Positions 19,586 through 29,884 are shown, counted from the first letter of the stretch. The stretch is 64,000 bases of DNA from Candidatus Omnitrophota bacterium (GCA_013203315.1 JABMQJ010000016.1:12245-76244), one strand, 5' to 3'. Made by a program: numbers and translations. Notes: generated from the sequence alone by a model not told the origin.

Positions 19586-21745
19586 ATGAAAAGAAAAAAG
19601 CATTATAAAAGCGGCGTGACGCTGATCGAGCTTATGATGTCGGTTCTCCTGGGCACCATTTTGCTAGGCATTGTCTTAGGCGCATGGTATTTTACCTATA
19701 GAAACTGGGCGCTTGATAGAATAAGGACAAAGAACAGGGTTGAGCTTCAAATCGCCGTGGAACGGATCAAGAGCGAGCTCAGGCTTTCAAGCACTACATA
19801 CCTAAGCCTTCACCCCGCAGGTGAAACCGAATACACTGCCATAAGTTTTCCGATGGCAGATTCTGACGCGAACGGCTTTTTTAGCTTAGACGGCGATGGG
19901 CACATCGACTGGGATAAGAGCGTCATATACCACGTTTATGATAATTCGTCGACAGGATTCACGGAGCTTAGGAAAACAGAGTTTACCAGCAACCACGACG
20001 TATTAGTTGTCGATGCCCAAAGAGAGACACAGCTTGCCAATGCCGTGGCAAACGGAGACGGTTCGAGTGGACCCAACTCAGCTAATGCAACTACTGAAAC
20101 TATAGTCGAAAAACTCACAAGTTTTATCATAAACCCGCAGGCGCAGGAATTTGACGGGTACAGCCCTACTGCCAAAAAAAGCGACAACGTGACGTTCGGT
20201 AGCGTCAGGCTTACATCGGGAAATCATGATTTCAGGTTCGAGGTAACCGGGAAAAATACCAATAATACCGATCCGTCGGGATATAAATTTGGCATAGACA
20301 CGCTTTCTATTTCACCGAGTGGCTGCAAGCAGGAAATGGAGGTTTACACGCCTCAAGCATCAAGTGGGGATACTAGCGCAAAGATCGGCCCCAATTTACT
20401 CTGGAGCGGAAATAATTTTCAGCGATACAGTGCTGACGCAGTCGGCGACTATGCCACCTTTAGGCTATATTACGACAGCTGGCTTGAATCCAATTTTGAT
20501 AATTCTGTAAGAGAGAATACGATTTTGACAGGTGACGATCTATCCGTGCAATTACCGGATCTCGATTCGGGAGAAGAAGTTACGTGGACCGCAGATGTTG
20601 AAGCGGGTAGTGTAAACGGCGATGCGGTAAAAGCGGATTTTCCTTTGACACTCGCCGGAATAACTATAAGAAATGTTATTTCCTCCGTCAACATCGATTC
20701 AGGCGGAAATGCATTTAGAGTCCAGTTTGACTCGCATTCTACTTCTCCCCTGACAATTGATGCCGCTTATATTGACGAAAGGGATTCCGGCGAAAATTGC
20801 GTGAATCCTCCGGTAACCACAACCCCCGGTGAAACAAGGATACAACTTTATTTTACCGACGCTTTGGATAATATTCTGCCGGGAATAACAATTCCCGCCG
20901 GTGAGAGCGCATATTCGAATTGGGCAATTTTTCCGATTGATTCTTCAAAAAATTACTTTGTGACCTTCTCTGTATCAGGGGCCTCATTTGCAAGCCACTG
21001 GGCCGGGACCGAGCCAACTGAAACAAATTCATATTTGATGGGTGGCGATTATGCTGCACAGGCTGTGTGGTCTGATGTGACCCATTATCTCGTACATGAG
21101 TCTTTACCTCCCTTCGCCGACGAAAGGTACACTTCATCCGCGAATATTTACGCGCAGGCTTCGCTTGAGGTTTGGTCACAAAGCGGTAGTGTTACAACGC
21201 AGATTTATGATACAAAAATAGCGAACCCAGTTTATAGGCCAATGAATTATTCGAGCTTTGGATCTGTTTCGGTCTACGGTCGTTCAAGTGATGATTCCCT
21301 TATGAGCGGGGCATCGGCGTGGACTGCCGGATCTGTGACCGGCACAGGAAGATATGCGCAGGCCAAAGCAGATCTTTCTGTAATACCGTATTGGACATGC
21401 ATCGATCATTCGGCGGCTATAAATGTCCCAGATTCAAGCTATAAAAATTCCGGCATGATAACCTGCTCAGGGGCGGGATGTGGAAAGTTTCTTATTCCGA
21501 CTCAGGGCGTTAATGCGCCCTGGGTCGATAATATTTTAGTCACCTGGCCGGGAGAGACAACGATGTGCGACATAAGCGGTTATTTTGCGCAAGATTCAGA
21601 CTACGGAATTATAAAACTTCTTGTAGATGGAAATGAGCTGATAAAGGGTATGGAGTTTAATGTAACGGTTTACGAAGATTTTCAAGGTGCGGTCTATACA
21701 ACAAGCCAACAAACTGAGGTCGAACCGAGGAATACCGGAAAATGA
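19586..21745 (+). CDS. Large minor pilin, PilW-like, with long beta-rich extension
   Basis: G/VTLIELM prepilin motif; 719 aa, acidic and Ser/Thr/Gly-rich. Confidence 0.78.
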   Translation: MKRKKHYKSGVTLIELMMSVLLGTILLGIVLGAWYFTYRNWALDRIRTKNRVELQIAVERIKSELRLSSTTYLSLHPAGETEYTAISFPMADSDANGFFSLDGDGHIDWDKSVIYHVYDNSSTGFTELRKTEFTSNHDVLVVDAQRETQLANAVANGDGSSGPNSANATTETIVEKLTSFIINPQAQEFDGYSPTAKKSDNVTFGSVRLTSGNHDFRFEVTGKNTNNTDPSGYKFGIDTLSISPSGCKQEMEVYTPQASSGDTSAKIGPNLLWSGNNFQRYSADAVGDYATFRLYYDSWLESNFDNSVRENTILTGDDLSVQLPDLDSGEEVTWTADVEAGSVNGDAVKADFPLTLAGITIRNVISSVNIDSGGNAFRVQFDSHSTSPLTIDAAYIDERDSGENCVNPPVTTTPGETRIQLYFTDALDNILPGITIPAGESAYSNWAIFPIDSSKNYFVTFSVSGASFASHWAGTEPTETNSYLMGGDYAAQAVWSDVTHYLVHESLPPFADERYTSSANIYAQASLEVWSQSGSVTTQIYDTKIANPVYRPMNYSSFGSVSVYGRSSDDSLMSGASAWTAGSVTGTGRYAQAKADLSVIPYWTCIDHSAAINVPDSSYKNSGMITCSGAGCGKFLIPTQGVNAPWVDNILVTWPGETTMCDISGYFAQDSDYGIIKLLVDGNELIKGMEFNVTVYEDFQGAVYTTSQQTEVEPRNTGK

Positions 21746-22902
21746 TTAAAAATAAAAAAGGCGCAATATTCATAACCGTTATGGTTATTTCCATGCTTAT
21801 GATTTTGGTGGGTGTAAGCGCCTCAAACATGTTAATGCAGGATGTCCACATGGTCAAGTACTTGAAAAAATCCACGACGGCGCAGTATATTGCCGAAGCG
21901 GGTATAAACGACGGCCTGGCGACACTAGTGCAAAACGGTTTTGCGGCCAAGGATACGGATTTTCCTTTAATTGATAATACTTTTGGCGGGGGAGGCTATA
22001 ATGTTACTGTGAGCGAAGTAGGCGGCAGGGTGCTTCTAACATCGGTCGGCACTTTTGAGAGTATTTCGCGAACAGTTGCGGCGGAAGTAAAGGATAATAC
22101 TGCTACGGCACTTTTGTATATGATGGCATCCGGCACTGACTTAAGACTCAGGGCATTTTTTCTGGGTCTTGCGGATATCAATGGTGATCTTCATGCAAAT
22201 AACGATTTGAGGTTAAAAGCACAGGCGCTTGCGCTTATTGACATAGACCCTTGTGGCGCCACATGTTGCGATGGAAACATCTCGGCCTGTAACAGGATTT
22301 TCCAAGCAACCGGATTTTTAGGTTTTATAAATGTTGCAGGAAGCACAACCGAAGGCATTACCGTTGCGCCGGTATCGTTTCCCCAGTTTGACTACGCCTA
22401 TTATGTAGTCCAAGCAGTAGCCAGCGGTGATTACTATAATGGAGATACCGACTTCGGTTCAGTTGGCACTACGACCGACCTCACCCCAGGAAACGGTATA
22501 GTATACGTTAACGGTACCGCCAATTTATTTGGAACTGTAAATCTAAACGGAGGGATCGTTGCGGATAAGATCAATGTCCGCGGCCGGTTAAACCAGATAA
22601 AAACAGGTAGTAAAAATGTTATTATCGCAAAAGGAAGCGATACCGGAGGCACCGAAGGCGACATAAGCATATTTTTTCGGTTGGATGTCGAAGAGGCCGT
22701 TGTTTTTGCTGCGCGCGACTTCAAGGTAGTCGCGGCTTTTTCGACTGTTGTAGTTACGGGTTCTCTTTTGGGCAGGAGAAACATAAGAATCTGGGATTTG
22801 CTAAGCAGTATCACCTATAACCACAAACTTTTAAGTCCTACCGGAATACTTGGCCCAAATGGCGAAACCGAGCCATTCACAGTAGTTAGCTGGAATAAGT
22901 AA
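21742..22902 (+). CDS. Minor pilin, PilX-like
   Basis: KKG/AIFITV lacking Glu5; AQYIAEAGI PilX N-terminal motif; ends SWNK. Confidence 0.8.
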   Translation: MIKNKKGAIFITVMVISMLMILVGVSASNMLMQDVHMVKYLKKSTTAQYIAEAGINDGLATLVQNGFAAKDTDFPLIDNTFGGGGYNVTVSEVGGRVLLTSVGTFESISRTVAAEVKDNTATALLYMMASGTDLRLRAFFLGLADINGDLHANNDLRLKAQALALIDIDPCGATCCDGNISACNRIFQATGFLGFINVAGSTTEGITVAPVSFPQFDYAYYVVQAVASGDYYNGDTDFGSVGTTTDLTPGNGIVYVNGTANLFGTVNLNGGIVADKINVRGRLNQIKTGSKNVIIAKGSDTGGTEGDISIFFRLDVEEAVVFAARDFKVVAAFSTVVVTGSLLGRRNIRIWDLLSSITYNHKLLSPTGILGPNGETEPFTVVSWNK

Positions 22903-22925
22903 GGGGACGTCTCACTTTGACCTAT

Positions 22926-22948
22926 CCTTTTGCCGCGCAAAGGGTTAT
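22926..22948 (+). terminator. Possible terminator after the minor pilin genes
   Basis: CCTTTTGC-CGC-GCAAAGGG hairpin with short T run. Confidence 0.35.
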
Positions 22949-22981
22949 GACGCCTACCGGTACATTTTACAAAAATTCTGC

Positions 22982-23009
22982 TTGACAAATTGAAAAGTTA
23001 TGCTAAATT
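22982..23009 (+). promoter_or_regulatory. Promoter of rplU-rpmA-obgE
   Basis: TTGACA-16 bp-TAAATT with extended -10 TG. Confidence 0.65.
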
Positions 23010-23063
23010 AAGTAACCTTATAGCTGTATTACTAATATATTAACAAATAATTAGGAGATAACG

Positions 23064-23375
23064 ATGTACGCAATAGTAGAACTCGGAGGCAGGCAATATA
23101 GGGTAGAGAAGAATAGCGAACTTCTTGTAAACAGGATGCCCGGCAAGCCATCCAGCGTAGTAAAATTTAAACACATACTGTTTGCGAAAGAAAAAAATGC
23201 CTATCATTCGGGGACTCCGTATTTAAAGGATGCCTATGTAACGTGTGAAATTTTATCGCATCCGCGGGCAAAAAAAGTAATAGCGTTTAAATATAAAAGG
23301 CGCAAAAGTCAAAAGAGGATAAAGGGCCACAGACAGGACCTGACGAAACTCAAGGTTAAGGAAATAAAGATATAG
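23064..23375 (+). CDS. rplU: 50S ribosomal protein L21
   Basis: MYAIVELGGRQYRV, FKYKRRK, GHRQ. Confidence 0.97.
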   Translation: MYAIVELGGRQYRVEKNSELLVNRMPGKPSSVVKFKHILFAKEKNAYHSGTPYLKDAYVTCEILSHPRAKKVIAFKYKRRKSQKRIKGHRQDLTKLKVKEIKI

Positions 23376-23384
23376 GAGTTTAGT

Positions 23385-23624
23385 ATGGCACATAAAAAGG
23401 GATTAGGAAGCTCTAGGAACGGTAGAGACTCTAACTCGCAACGCCTTGGCGTAAAGCGATACGGCGGACAGTTTGTCCTGGCTGGCAATATTATTATAAG
23501 GCAGCGCGGGACACCTTTTAAGGCCGGTCTGAACGTCGGCCTGGGCAGGGATGATACACTTTTTGCCAAGGCAGACGGCATTGTTACTTTTTCCTCGCGC
23601 GTAGTAAGCGTCTTACCGAAATGA
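23385..23624 (+). CDS. rpmA: 50S ribosomal protein L27
   Basis: [16 protein letters not shown]. Confidence 0.98.
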   Translation: MAHKKGLGSSRNGRDSNSQRLGVKRYGGQFVLAGNIIIRQRGTPFKAGLNVGLGRDDTLFAKADGIVTFSSRVVSVLPK

Positions 23625-23625
23625 A

Positions 23626-24588
23626 ATGCTTATTGATCAGGCCAAAATTCATGTCAAAGCCGGTGATGGCGGTAACGGTTGCACGAGTTTTTATCGAGAT
23701 AAATTCGTGCGCAAGGGTAAGCCTAACGGCGGAGACGGCGGAGCCGGCGGCAATCTAATCTTTAAGGTGGATAAAAATATCCGCACCCTCCTCGATTTTC
23801 AATACAACAGACACTTCAAAGCAGCGCGTGGCAGACATGGCGGTTCCAATAATAAAACCGGAAGAAGCGGTGAAGACCGCTATGTAAAAGTTCCTCCCGG
23901 AACAATACTTAAAGACGTGGCTACGGACCTCCTCTTAAGAGACTTAACGCATGACGGCGAAGAAGTTATTGTGGCCGTAGGCGGAAGCGGGGGAAAAGGG
24001 AATACAAAAAAAAGAGATGCTACTTCCGGAGAAAAAGGCGAGGCCAAGGAACTCGCGCTAGAATTAAAGCTCATCGCCGATATCGGTATTATCGGTTATC
24101 CCAACGTTGGTAAATCCACCCTCATCTCGCGCGTCTCAAGCGCGAAATCGAAAATCGCATGTTATCCTTTTACAACTAAAGCACCCATACTCGGCATCGT
24201 GAAAATGTATGATGGCGACCTGGCGTTTGCTGACATGCCGGGACTCATCGAAGGCGCGCACAAGGGGCGCGGGCTTGGTGATGAATTCTTAAGACACATA
24301 GAGCGAACTAGAATTTTAGTGCACATGGTCGACATTGCCCAGGTTGAGACAAGGAACGCATACGACGACTACGTTTCCATAAATAACGAACTATCGCTCT
24401 ATGGCAGGCACTTAAGCGCGAAGCTGCAAGTCATAGCCTGCAACAAGATGGACCTCCAAGATGCAAAGAAAAATCTTGACGCCTTTCGAAAGAAAATAGA
24501 TAAAAAAGTGTTTCCTATTTCTGCGGTAACGGGTGTTGGGGTTAAAGAATTGTTGGATGAGATTTGGAACCTGGCGAAGAACGGCTAA
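23626..24588 (+). CDS. obgE: GTPase ObgE (short form)
   Basis: AGDGGNG, GYPNVGKST, YPFTT, DMPGLIEGA, NKMD. Confidence 0.97.
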   Translation: MLIDQAKIHVKAGDGGNGCTSFYRDKFVRKGKPNGGDGGAGGNLIFKVDKNIRTLLDFQYNRHFKAARGRHGGSNNKTGRSGEDRYVKVPPGTILKDVATDLLLRDLTHDGEEVIVAVGGSGGKGNTKKRDATSGEKGEAKELALELKLIADIGIIGYPNVGKSTLISRVSSAKSKIACYPFTTKAPILGIVKMYDGDLAFADMPGLIEGAHKGRGLGDEFLRHIERTRILVHMVDIAQVETRNAYDDYVSINNELSLYGRHLSAKLQVIACNKMDLQDAKKNLDAFRKKIDKKVFPISAVTGVGVKELLDEIWNLAKNG

Positions 24589-24598
24589 TGAGGTAAAA

Positions 24599-25696
24599 AT
24601 GAAATACAAAAAAATTGTTATCAAAATAGGCACAAGTGTCCTGGCTAAAAAAACCGGCCAGATCGACAAAAATATTATCGATAGTATTGCTTCCGGGGTA
24701 TCGTCACTTTTAGATAAAGGCATAAAAGTTATACTCGTAAGCTCAGGCGCGATAGGCGCGGGAACGGGCGTTCTTAAATTAAAACAAGTTCCGACGTCTT
24801 TATCCGATTTGCAGGCTATAGCCTCAGTAGGGCAGAATGAGCTCATGCGTCTTTATAGCGAAGCCTTCAAAAAACGAAAACACTTAATAGGACAGATTCT
24901 CCTGACGCAGGATGATTTTAACAACAGGCGCCGGTACCTCAATATCAAGTATACCATTGACACTTTAGCTTCAAAGAAAATTATCCCGATAGTTAATGAA
25001 AACGATACCGTTTCGACGGAGGAGATCAAGTGCGGGGATAATGACCGCCTCGCAAGCCTCGTGGCTGATCTTTGTGAGGCGGATTGCCTGGTTATGCTCA
25101 CGAATGTCGACGGACTTTACGACAAGGAAGGATCGGTTATAACCATTGTAGATGAAATATCGGATGACATAAAGAAACTCGCCGTAAATAAGTGCTTATC
25201 TTTTACAAAAGGCGGTATGGCAACTAAAATCGAAGCGGCCGGGAGGGCTATCCATTCAGGAATCGATTGTTTTATCGCAAACGGCAAATTCGCAGATAGC
25301 GTAGCCGACATTTTGGAAAACAAGAAAAAATGTACATATTTCATGGCAAAAACAAAAAAAAATAAGGCAAAGAAGCGATGGATAGCCTATTCCTCAAAGA
25401 TTAAGGGGAAAATAATTGTCGATGACGGGGCGAAAAAAGCCCTCGTAGCAAGCCACAAGAGCCTTCTCTCTTCCGGTGTCATCGGAAAAGAAGGTAGTTT
25501 TAAGGCCGGAGATGTTGTCGCAATAGCGGACTCGAAAAAACAGGAATTCGCCAGGGGTCTTACAAGTTACGCGTCGAAGGAGATAGAGAGGATCAAGGGC
25601 CTGAAGACAAGCCAGATAAAATCGGCCCTGGGCTATAAAGATCACGACGAGGTTGTTCACCGGGATAACCTCGTTATTTTATCGATAACGGAGTAG
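24599..25696 (+). CDS. proB: Glutamate 5-kinase with PUA domain
   Basis: VIKIGTS, VSSGAI, NENDTV, GDND, GGMATK; start at ATG 24599 after GAGG. Confidence 0.96.
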   Translation: MKYKKIVIKIGTSVLAKKTGQIDKNIIDSIASGVSSLLDKGIKVILVSSGAIGAGTGVLKLKQVPTSLSDLQAIASVGQNELMRLYSEAFKKRKHLIGQILLTQDDFNNRRRYLNIKYTIDTLASKKIIPIVNENDTVSTEEIKCGDNDRLASLVADLCEADCLVMLTNVDGLYDKEGSVITIVDEISDDIKKLAVNKCLSFTKGGMATKIEAAGRAIHSGIDCFIANGKFADSVADILENKKKCTYFMAKTKKNKAKKRWIAYSSKIKGKIIVDDGAKKALVASHKSLLSSGVIGKEGSFKAGDVVAIADSKKQEFARGLTSYASKEIERIKGLKTSQIKSALGYKDHDEVVHRDNLVILSITE

Positions 25697-25699
25697 GGA

Positions 25700-26962
25700 A
25701 TGAATCTTAAAAAAGAGATTATAGAAATCGCAAGGCAAGCGAAAATTGCGTCCAGGGCGCTCTGCTCCTTAAAAAGCAAAGCAAAAAACGCAGCCTTAAA
25801 GCAAATGGCAAAGAATTTAATTAAATCCAAATCTTTCATCTTGAAGGCAAATGAGAAAGATCTTAGAAAAGCTAAAAAATCCGGGCTTAAAGTGTCTTTC
25901 GTGGACCGCTTAAAACTGAATGAAAAACGAATAATTGATATGGCAGATTCAGTGGCTAGCGTTGCCAGGCTGGAAGACCCGGTTGGGATTATGGAAAGAT
26001 TGACAAAAAGGCCGAACGGCCTTCTTATAGGGAAAGTGCGCGTTCCCATAGGCGTGATTTGCGTCATTTACGAATCCAGACCTAATGTGACCGCTGACTG
26101 TATCGGGCTTTGCTTAAAATCCGGTAATAGTGTGATTTTAAGAGGCGGTAGCGAAGCCATGAATTCAAATATAGCGATATTCGACGTCTTAAACAGGGCT
26201 GCCGCAAAAATGAACCTCCCGAAAAACGCCATTAACATGGTGAAGACGCCCGACCGCAAAGCGGTTGATGCCTTGCTGGGCGCAGAGGGCTTGATTGATG
26301 TTATTATACCGAGGGGCGGAGAGTCCCTCATACGAGAGGTAACAAGAAAGTCAAGAATCCCGGTTATCAAGCACTACAAGGGCGTGTGCCATGTGTATGT
26401 GGACGAGGACGCAGATTTGAACATGGCAGAGTCTATTGCCTTTAATGCCAAGGTCCAGCGGCCCGGCGTGTGTAACGCCATGGAAACGCTTCTTGTCCAC
26501 AGGGACGTCGCGGTGCGCTTTTTACCGTCTCTGGCCAAAAAGCTTATCGATGCCGGAGTCCAGTTGCGCGGGTGCGCGCTCACTAAAAGAATTTTACGAA
26601 ATAGAACAATAAAAAAAGCCAAGGAATCCGACTGGCCAAAAGAGTACTTGGAATTAATACTTTCGGTGAAAGTAGTTAACAACCTTAAAGAGGCGATTGA
26701 TCATATAAGTAAATACGGCACATCACATTCCGACGCTATTGTTACCGAAAACCATGAGCGCGCCATGGAATTCCTTGAGAAAGTGGATTCAAGCTCGGTT
26801 TATGTAAACGCTTCAACGCGTTTTACCGATGGTTACGAATTCGGTAAGGGCGCAGAGATAGGCATAAGCACAGACAAGCTTCATGCCCGCGGCCCGATGG
26901 GTTTGGAAGAACTAACTACATATAAATACGTTATATTCGGTAATGGGCAGATCCGCAAATAA
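25700..26962 (+). CDS. proA: Gamma-glutamyl phosphate reductase
   Basis: IYESRPNVT, CNAMETLLVH, NASTRFTDG, KLHARGPMGL. Confidence 0.97.
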   Translation: MNLKKEIIEIARQAKIASRALCSLKSKAKNAALKQMAKNLIKSKSFILKANEKDLRKAKKSGLKVSFVDRLKLNEKRIIDMADSVASVARLEDPVGIMERLTKRPNGLLIGKVRVPIGVICVIYESRPNVTADCIGLCLKSGNSVILRGGSEAMNSNIAIFDVLNRAAAKMNLPKNAINMVKTPDRKAVDALLGAEGLIDVIIPRGGESLIREVTRKSRIPVIKHYKGVCHVYVDEDADLNMAESIAFNAKVQRPGVCNAMETLLVHRDVAVRFLPSLAKKLIDAGVQLRGCALTKRILRNRTIKKAKESDWPKEYLELILSVKVVNNLKEAIDHISKYGTSHSDAIVTENHERAMEFLEKVDSSSVYVNASTRFTDGYEFGKGAEIGISTDKLHARGPMGLEELTTYKYVIFGNGQIRK

Positions 26963-27533
26963 ACAAATCGGAATATTAGGTGGCACTTTTAACCCTATTC
27001 ATAACGGGCATATCTACATAGCTCTACGCGCGTTAAATGCACTTCACCTGCGGAAGATTATATTTGTTCCTACATACACGCCTCCTCATAAAAAAATTCA
27101 TGGTAACGTAAAAACAAAGGACAGGATCAAAATGCTGCGTCTGGCGCTATGCGGCAGAAAAAAATTTGCCATTTCTTTATACGAAATAAATAAAAAGGAG
27201 AGGTCGTACTCAATAAAAACCGCTAAATTTTTTAAAAAAAAGCTAGGGAAAAATACTAAACTCTTTTTTGTGATTGGCACAGACTCTTTGGTGGGCTTAA
27301 AGAAATGGAAAGATTTTTCGAATTTAGCGAAACTTGTGCAATTTGCGGTGATTTCGAGGCCGGGATTTATGGTAAAAAATGCCCCTGCGGGCGTGCTTAA
27401 GGTAAAAGTCCCCGGCAAAAATGTATCTTCGACGGAGATAAGGCGCAGGGTAAGTAGGGGATTGGCCTTAAAAGGCCTTGTGCCGGGTGTTGTTTCTCGG
27501 TATATTAAAGCGAAGGGTTTATATGGCGCGTAA
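26943..27533 (+). CDS. nadD: Nicotinate-nucleotide adenylyltransferase
   Basis: GGTFNPIHNGH, PPHK, SSTEIR. Confidence 0.95.
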   Translation: MGRSANKQIGILGGTFNPIHNGHIYIALRALNALHLRKIIFVPTYTPPHKKIHGNVKTKDRIKMLRLALCGRKKFAISLYEINKKERSYSIKTAKFFKKKLGKNTKLFFVIGTDSLVGLKKWKDFSNLAKLVQFAVISRPGFMVKNAPAGVLKVKVPGKNVSSTEIRRRVSRGLALKGLVPGVVSRYIKAKGLYGA

Positions 27534-27563
27534 GGATTTTTGCCGTAATTTGCGCTATTCAAC

Positions 27564-27592
27564 TTGAATTTGATGCGAATATGTGCTAAACT
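27564..27592 (+). promoter_or_regulatory. Promoter of the small CC1-like gene
   Basis: TTGAAT-17 bp-TAAACT with extended -10 TG; SD AAGGAGGT at 27609-27616. Confidence 0.65.
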
Positions 27593-27622
27593 TGTGACAA
27601 CTAAAAAAAAGGAGGTGCTGTA

Positions 27623-27790
27623 ATGGCAGAAATGGAATTTTTTGATGTGAAGACAAAGAAAAAATTCAAAACAGGTGAGTTTAGGATTGAAGAGAGAAAA
27701 GGCCGGTTTTTTGCGGTAGCTAAATCCCCAACAGGAACTCATGAGTGTTGGAGAGTTGTATCCAAGGACGCAGCGGCTAAGCTGAAATAA
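27623..27790 (+). CDS. 55-aa basic protein resembling crenarchaeal chromatin protein CC1 (absent from ORF track)
   Basis: MAEMEFFDVKTKKKFKTGEFRIEERKGRFFAVAKSPTGTHECWRVVSKDAAAKLK; perfect SD and own promoter. CC1 similarity is from recalled sequence, not a search. Confidence 0.8.
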   Translation: MAEMEFFDVKTKKKFKTGEFRIEERKGRFFAVAKSPTGTHECWRVVSKDAAAKLK

Positions 27791-27833
27791 TATAGCGTAA
27801 TAGCGACAAAATATTAGCTGCATCCTAATCGAA

Positions 27834-28220
27834 GTGAGAATAAACATAAAAGCTACCGAAAAAGCAAAACGGATAAGTGCCGCCGCGCTTGATTATAAAG
27901 CCGAGGACGTTGTCATAATGGACATGCGGGCGGTTTCAAATATAACTGATTTTTTCGTTATCTCGAGCGCGTCTTCAACAAGAAGGGTTCAGGCTATAGC
28001 AGACGGCATAGAAGAAGCCCTTAAAAACGACGCCTTAAAAAAAGCGCATATCGAAGGAAAAAAAGAAGCTCTTTGGGTGCTCATCGATTACGGAGATGTC
28101 ATAGTACACATATTTCATAGCAAGATGCGAGAGTTTTATAATCTGGAAAGGCTATGGCATGACGCGCCCAAGGAGCGCATTTCTCTCCAATGCACATCAC
28201 ACAAATCCAAAAAAATCTGA
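27834..28220 (+). CDS. rsfS: Ribosome silencing factor RsfS
   Basis: KAEDVVIMD, DFFVISS, WVLIDYGDVIVHIF, REFYNLERLW. Confidence 0.96.
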   Translation: MRINIKATEKAKRISAAALDYKAEDVVIMDMRAVSNITDFFVISSASSTRRVQAIADGIEEALKNDALKKAHIEGKKEALWVLIDYGDVIVHIFHSKMREFYNLERLWHDAPKERISLQCTSHKSKKI

Positions 28221-29884
28221 AACTTGCCATAATACACGCCCTGAAAAATATTGCCGAAAAGACCGAAGCAGGCATTATGCCTGCGCCTATTAAAATCGAG
28301 CTTGAAATCCCGAGAGATTATAAACACGGCGACCTGACCACTAACATTGCCATGCGTCTTGCAAAGAGTTTTTCCGTAAACAGCGTAAAGTTAGCGGGCC
28401 TCGTTAAGGATGAGCTCGAGCTCGCCTTCGGCGCTACGCGGCTCTCAGGCCTTATCGACAGGATTGAAGTGTCCCCTCCGGGCTTTATTAATTTTTGGTT
28501 TAGTAAAAATAGGCTCCATGACGTGCTTGGCGAGATCCGGGAGGAGGCCGGCAACTTCGGCAAAAACCCTCTCGGTAAAGGCGAAAAAGTTAACATAGAA
28601 TTCGTAAGTGCAAATCCCACAGGCCCGCTTACCATAGCGCACGCAAGACAGGCTGCTGTAGGTGACGCGCTAGGCCGTATATTGGAATTTTCCGGATATA
28701 AAGTATGTAGGGAGTACTTTATTAATGACGTGGGCACGCAGATAGAACTTCTTGGAAAATCCATATACGCACGTTACGCATCCTTGCTTGGCCGAGATCC
28801 GGAATTCCCTGAAGACGGATATCACGGCGAATACATTAAAGATATTGCGAAAGCATTCAAGGAAATTTACGGAAATAAATTTTTGGAAGAAAACTCCAAA
28901 AATACGCAATTTATAGCGAAGTTCGGAGTTAAATCGATGTTAAAAGAGATACGCGCTGACTTGGAAGCTTTTCGCGTATCATTCGACAGATGGTCCAGCC
29001 AGCAGAAAATTTCTGCGGAAAAAATAAAAAATGCATTAAATAAACTGGAGAAAAAAGGGTACGTTTACAAAAAAGACGGCGCTGTCTGGTTTAAATCAAC
29101 CGCTTTCGGGGATGATAAAGACAGGGTAGTGGTGAAAAAAGACGGCTCGTATACTTATCTGGCGCCCGATATTGCCTATCATCTTGACAAATTCAAGAGA
29201 AAATTTAAAAAATTGATTGATATATGGGGGCCGGACCATCACGGCTATATACCGAGGCTTGTGGCATCAATGGAGGCGTTTGGCCATAAGAAAGAAAGCA
29301 TATCAATTCTTATCGTGCAGCTTGCAACGCTATTCCGCGGCGGGGTCGCATTATCCATGTCTACGCGCAAAGGCGAATTTATAACGCTTAGAGAGGTCAT
29401 AAAAGAGGTCGGTTGCGATGTCGCAAAATTCTTCTTCCTGATGCGAAAGCTCGACAGCCATCTTGACTTTGATTTGGAGGTCGCCAAGAAAAGTTCTCAT
29501 GATAATCCGGTTTACTATATTCAGTACGCTCACGCGCGCATAGCCTCTATCCTGGATTTCAGCAAGAGCCTAAAAGGCGGCCTTAAAGCCGTAAGGTATG
29601 ACGCCGGTCTCCTGGATCAACCGGAGGAGCTACTCATCTTGCGAATGCTATCGCAGTTTCCGCTTGCCGTGGAGGCAAGTGCCAAGTTACTCGAACCGTA
29701 CCGCATGGTAAGTTTTTTAAACGACTTCGCGAAGGCGTTCCACAGTTTCTACACAAAATACAGGGTAGTTAGAGACGACGACTTGCCTCGCACCAAGGCG
29801 AGACTGGTTCTGGTTAACGGCGTAAAAACAGTCCTCGCCAACGGCTTGGGTCTTTTGGGTATCTCGTTTCCCGATCGAATGTAA
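28190..29884 (+). CDS. argS: Arginine--tRNA ligase
   Basis: EFVSANPTGPL, WGPDHHGY, MSTRKG, NPVYYIQYAHARI. Confidence 0.97.
   Translation: MHITQIQKNLKLAIIHALKNIAEKTEAGIMPAPIKIELEIPRDYKHGDLTTNIAMRLAKSFSVNSVKLAGLVKDELELAFGATRLSGLIDRIEVSPPGFINFWFSKNRLHDVLGEIREEAGNFGKNPLGKGEKVNIEFVSANPTGPLTIAHARQAAVGDALGRILEFSGYKVCREYFINDVGTQIELLGKSIYARYASLLGRDPEFPEDGYHGEYIKDIAKAFKEIYGNKFLEENSKNTQFIAKFGVKSMLKEIRADLEAFRVSFDRWSSQQKISAEKIKNALNKLEKKGYVYKKDGAVWFKSTAFGDDKDRVVVKKDGSYTYLAPDIAYHLDKFKRKFKKLIDIWGPDHHGYIPRLVASMEAFGHKKESISILIVQLATLFRGGVALSMSTRKGEFITLREVIKEVGCDVAKFFFLMRKLDSHLDFDLEVAKKSSHDNPVYYIQYAHARIASILDFSKSLKGGLKAVRYDAGLLDQPEELLILRMLSQFPLAVEASAKLLEPYRMVSFLNDFAKAFHSFYTKYRVVRDDDLPRTKARLVLVNGVKTVLANGLGLLGISFPDRM

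Noticed and set aside
27098-27847. 249-aa minus-strand ORF
   Set aside because: Antisense shadow of nadD and the CC1-like gene; Phe-rich from A-tracts, no recognisable motif
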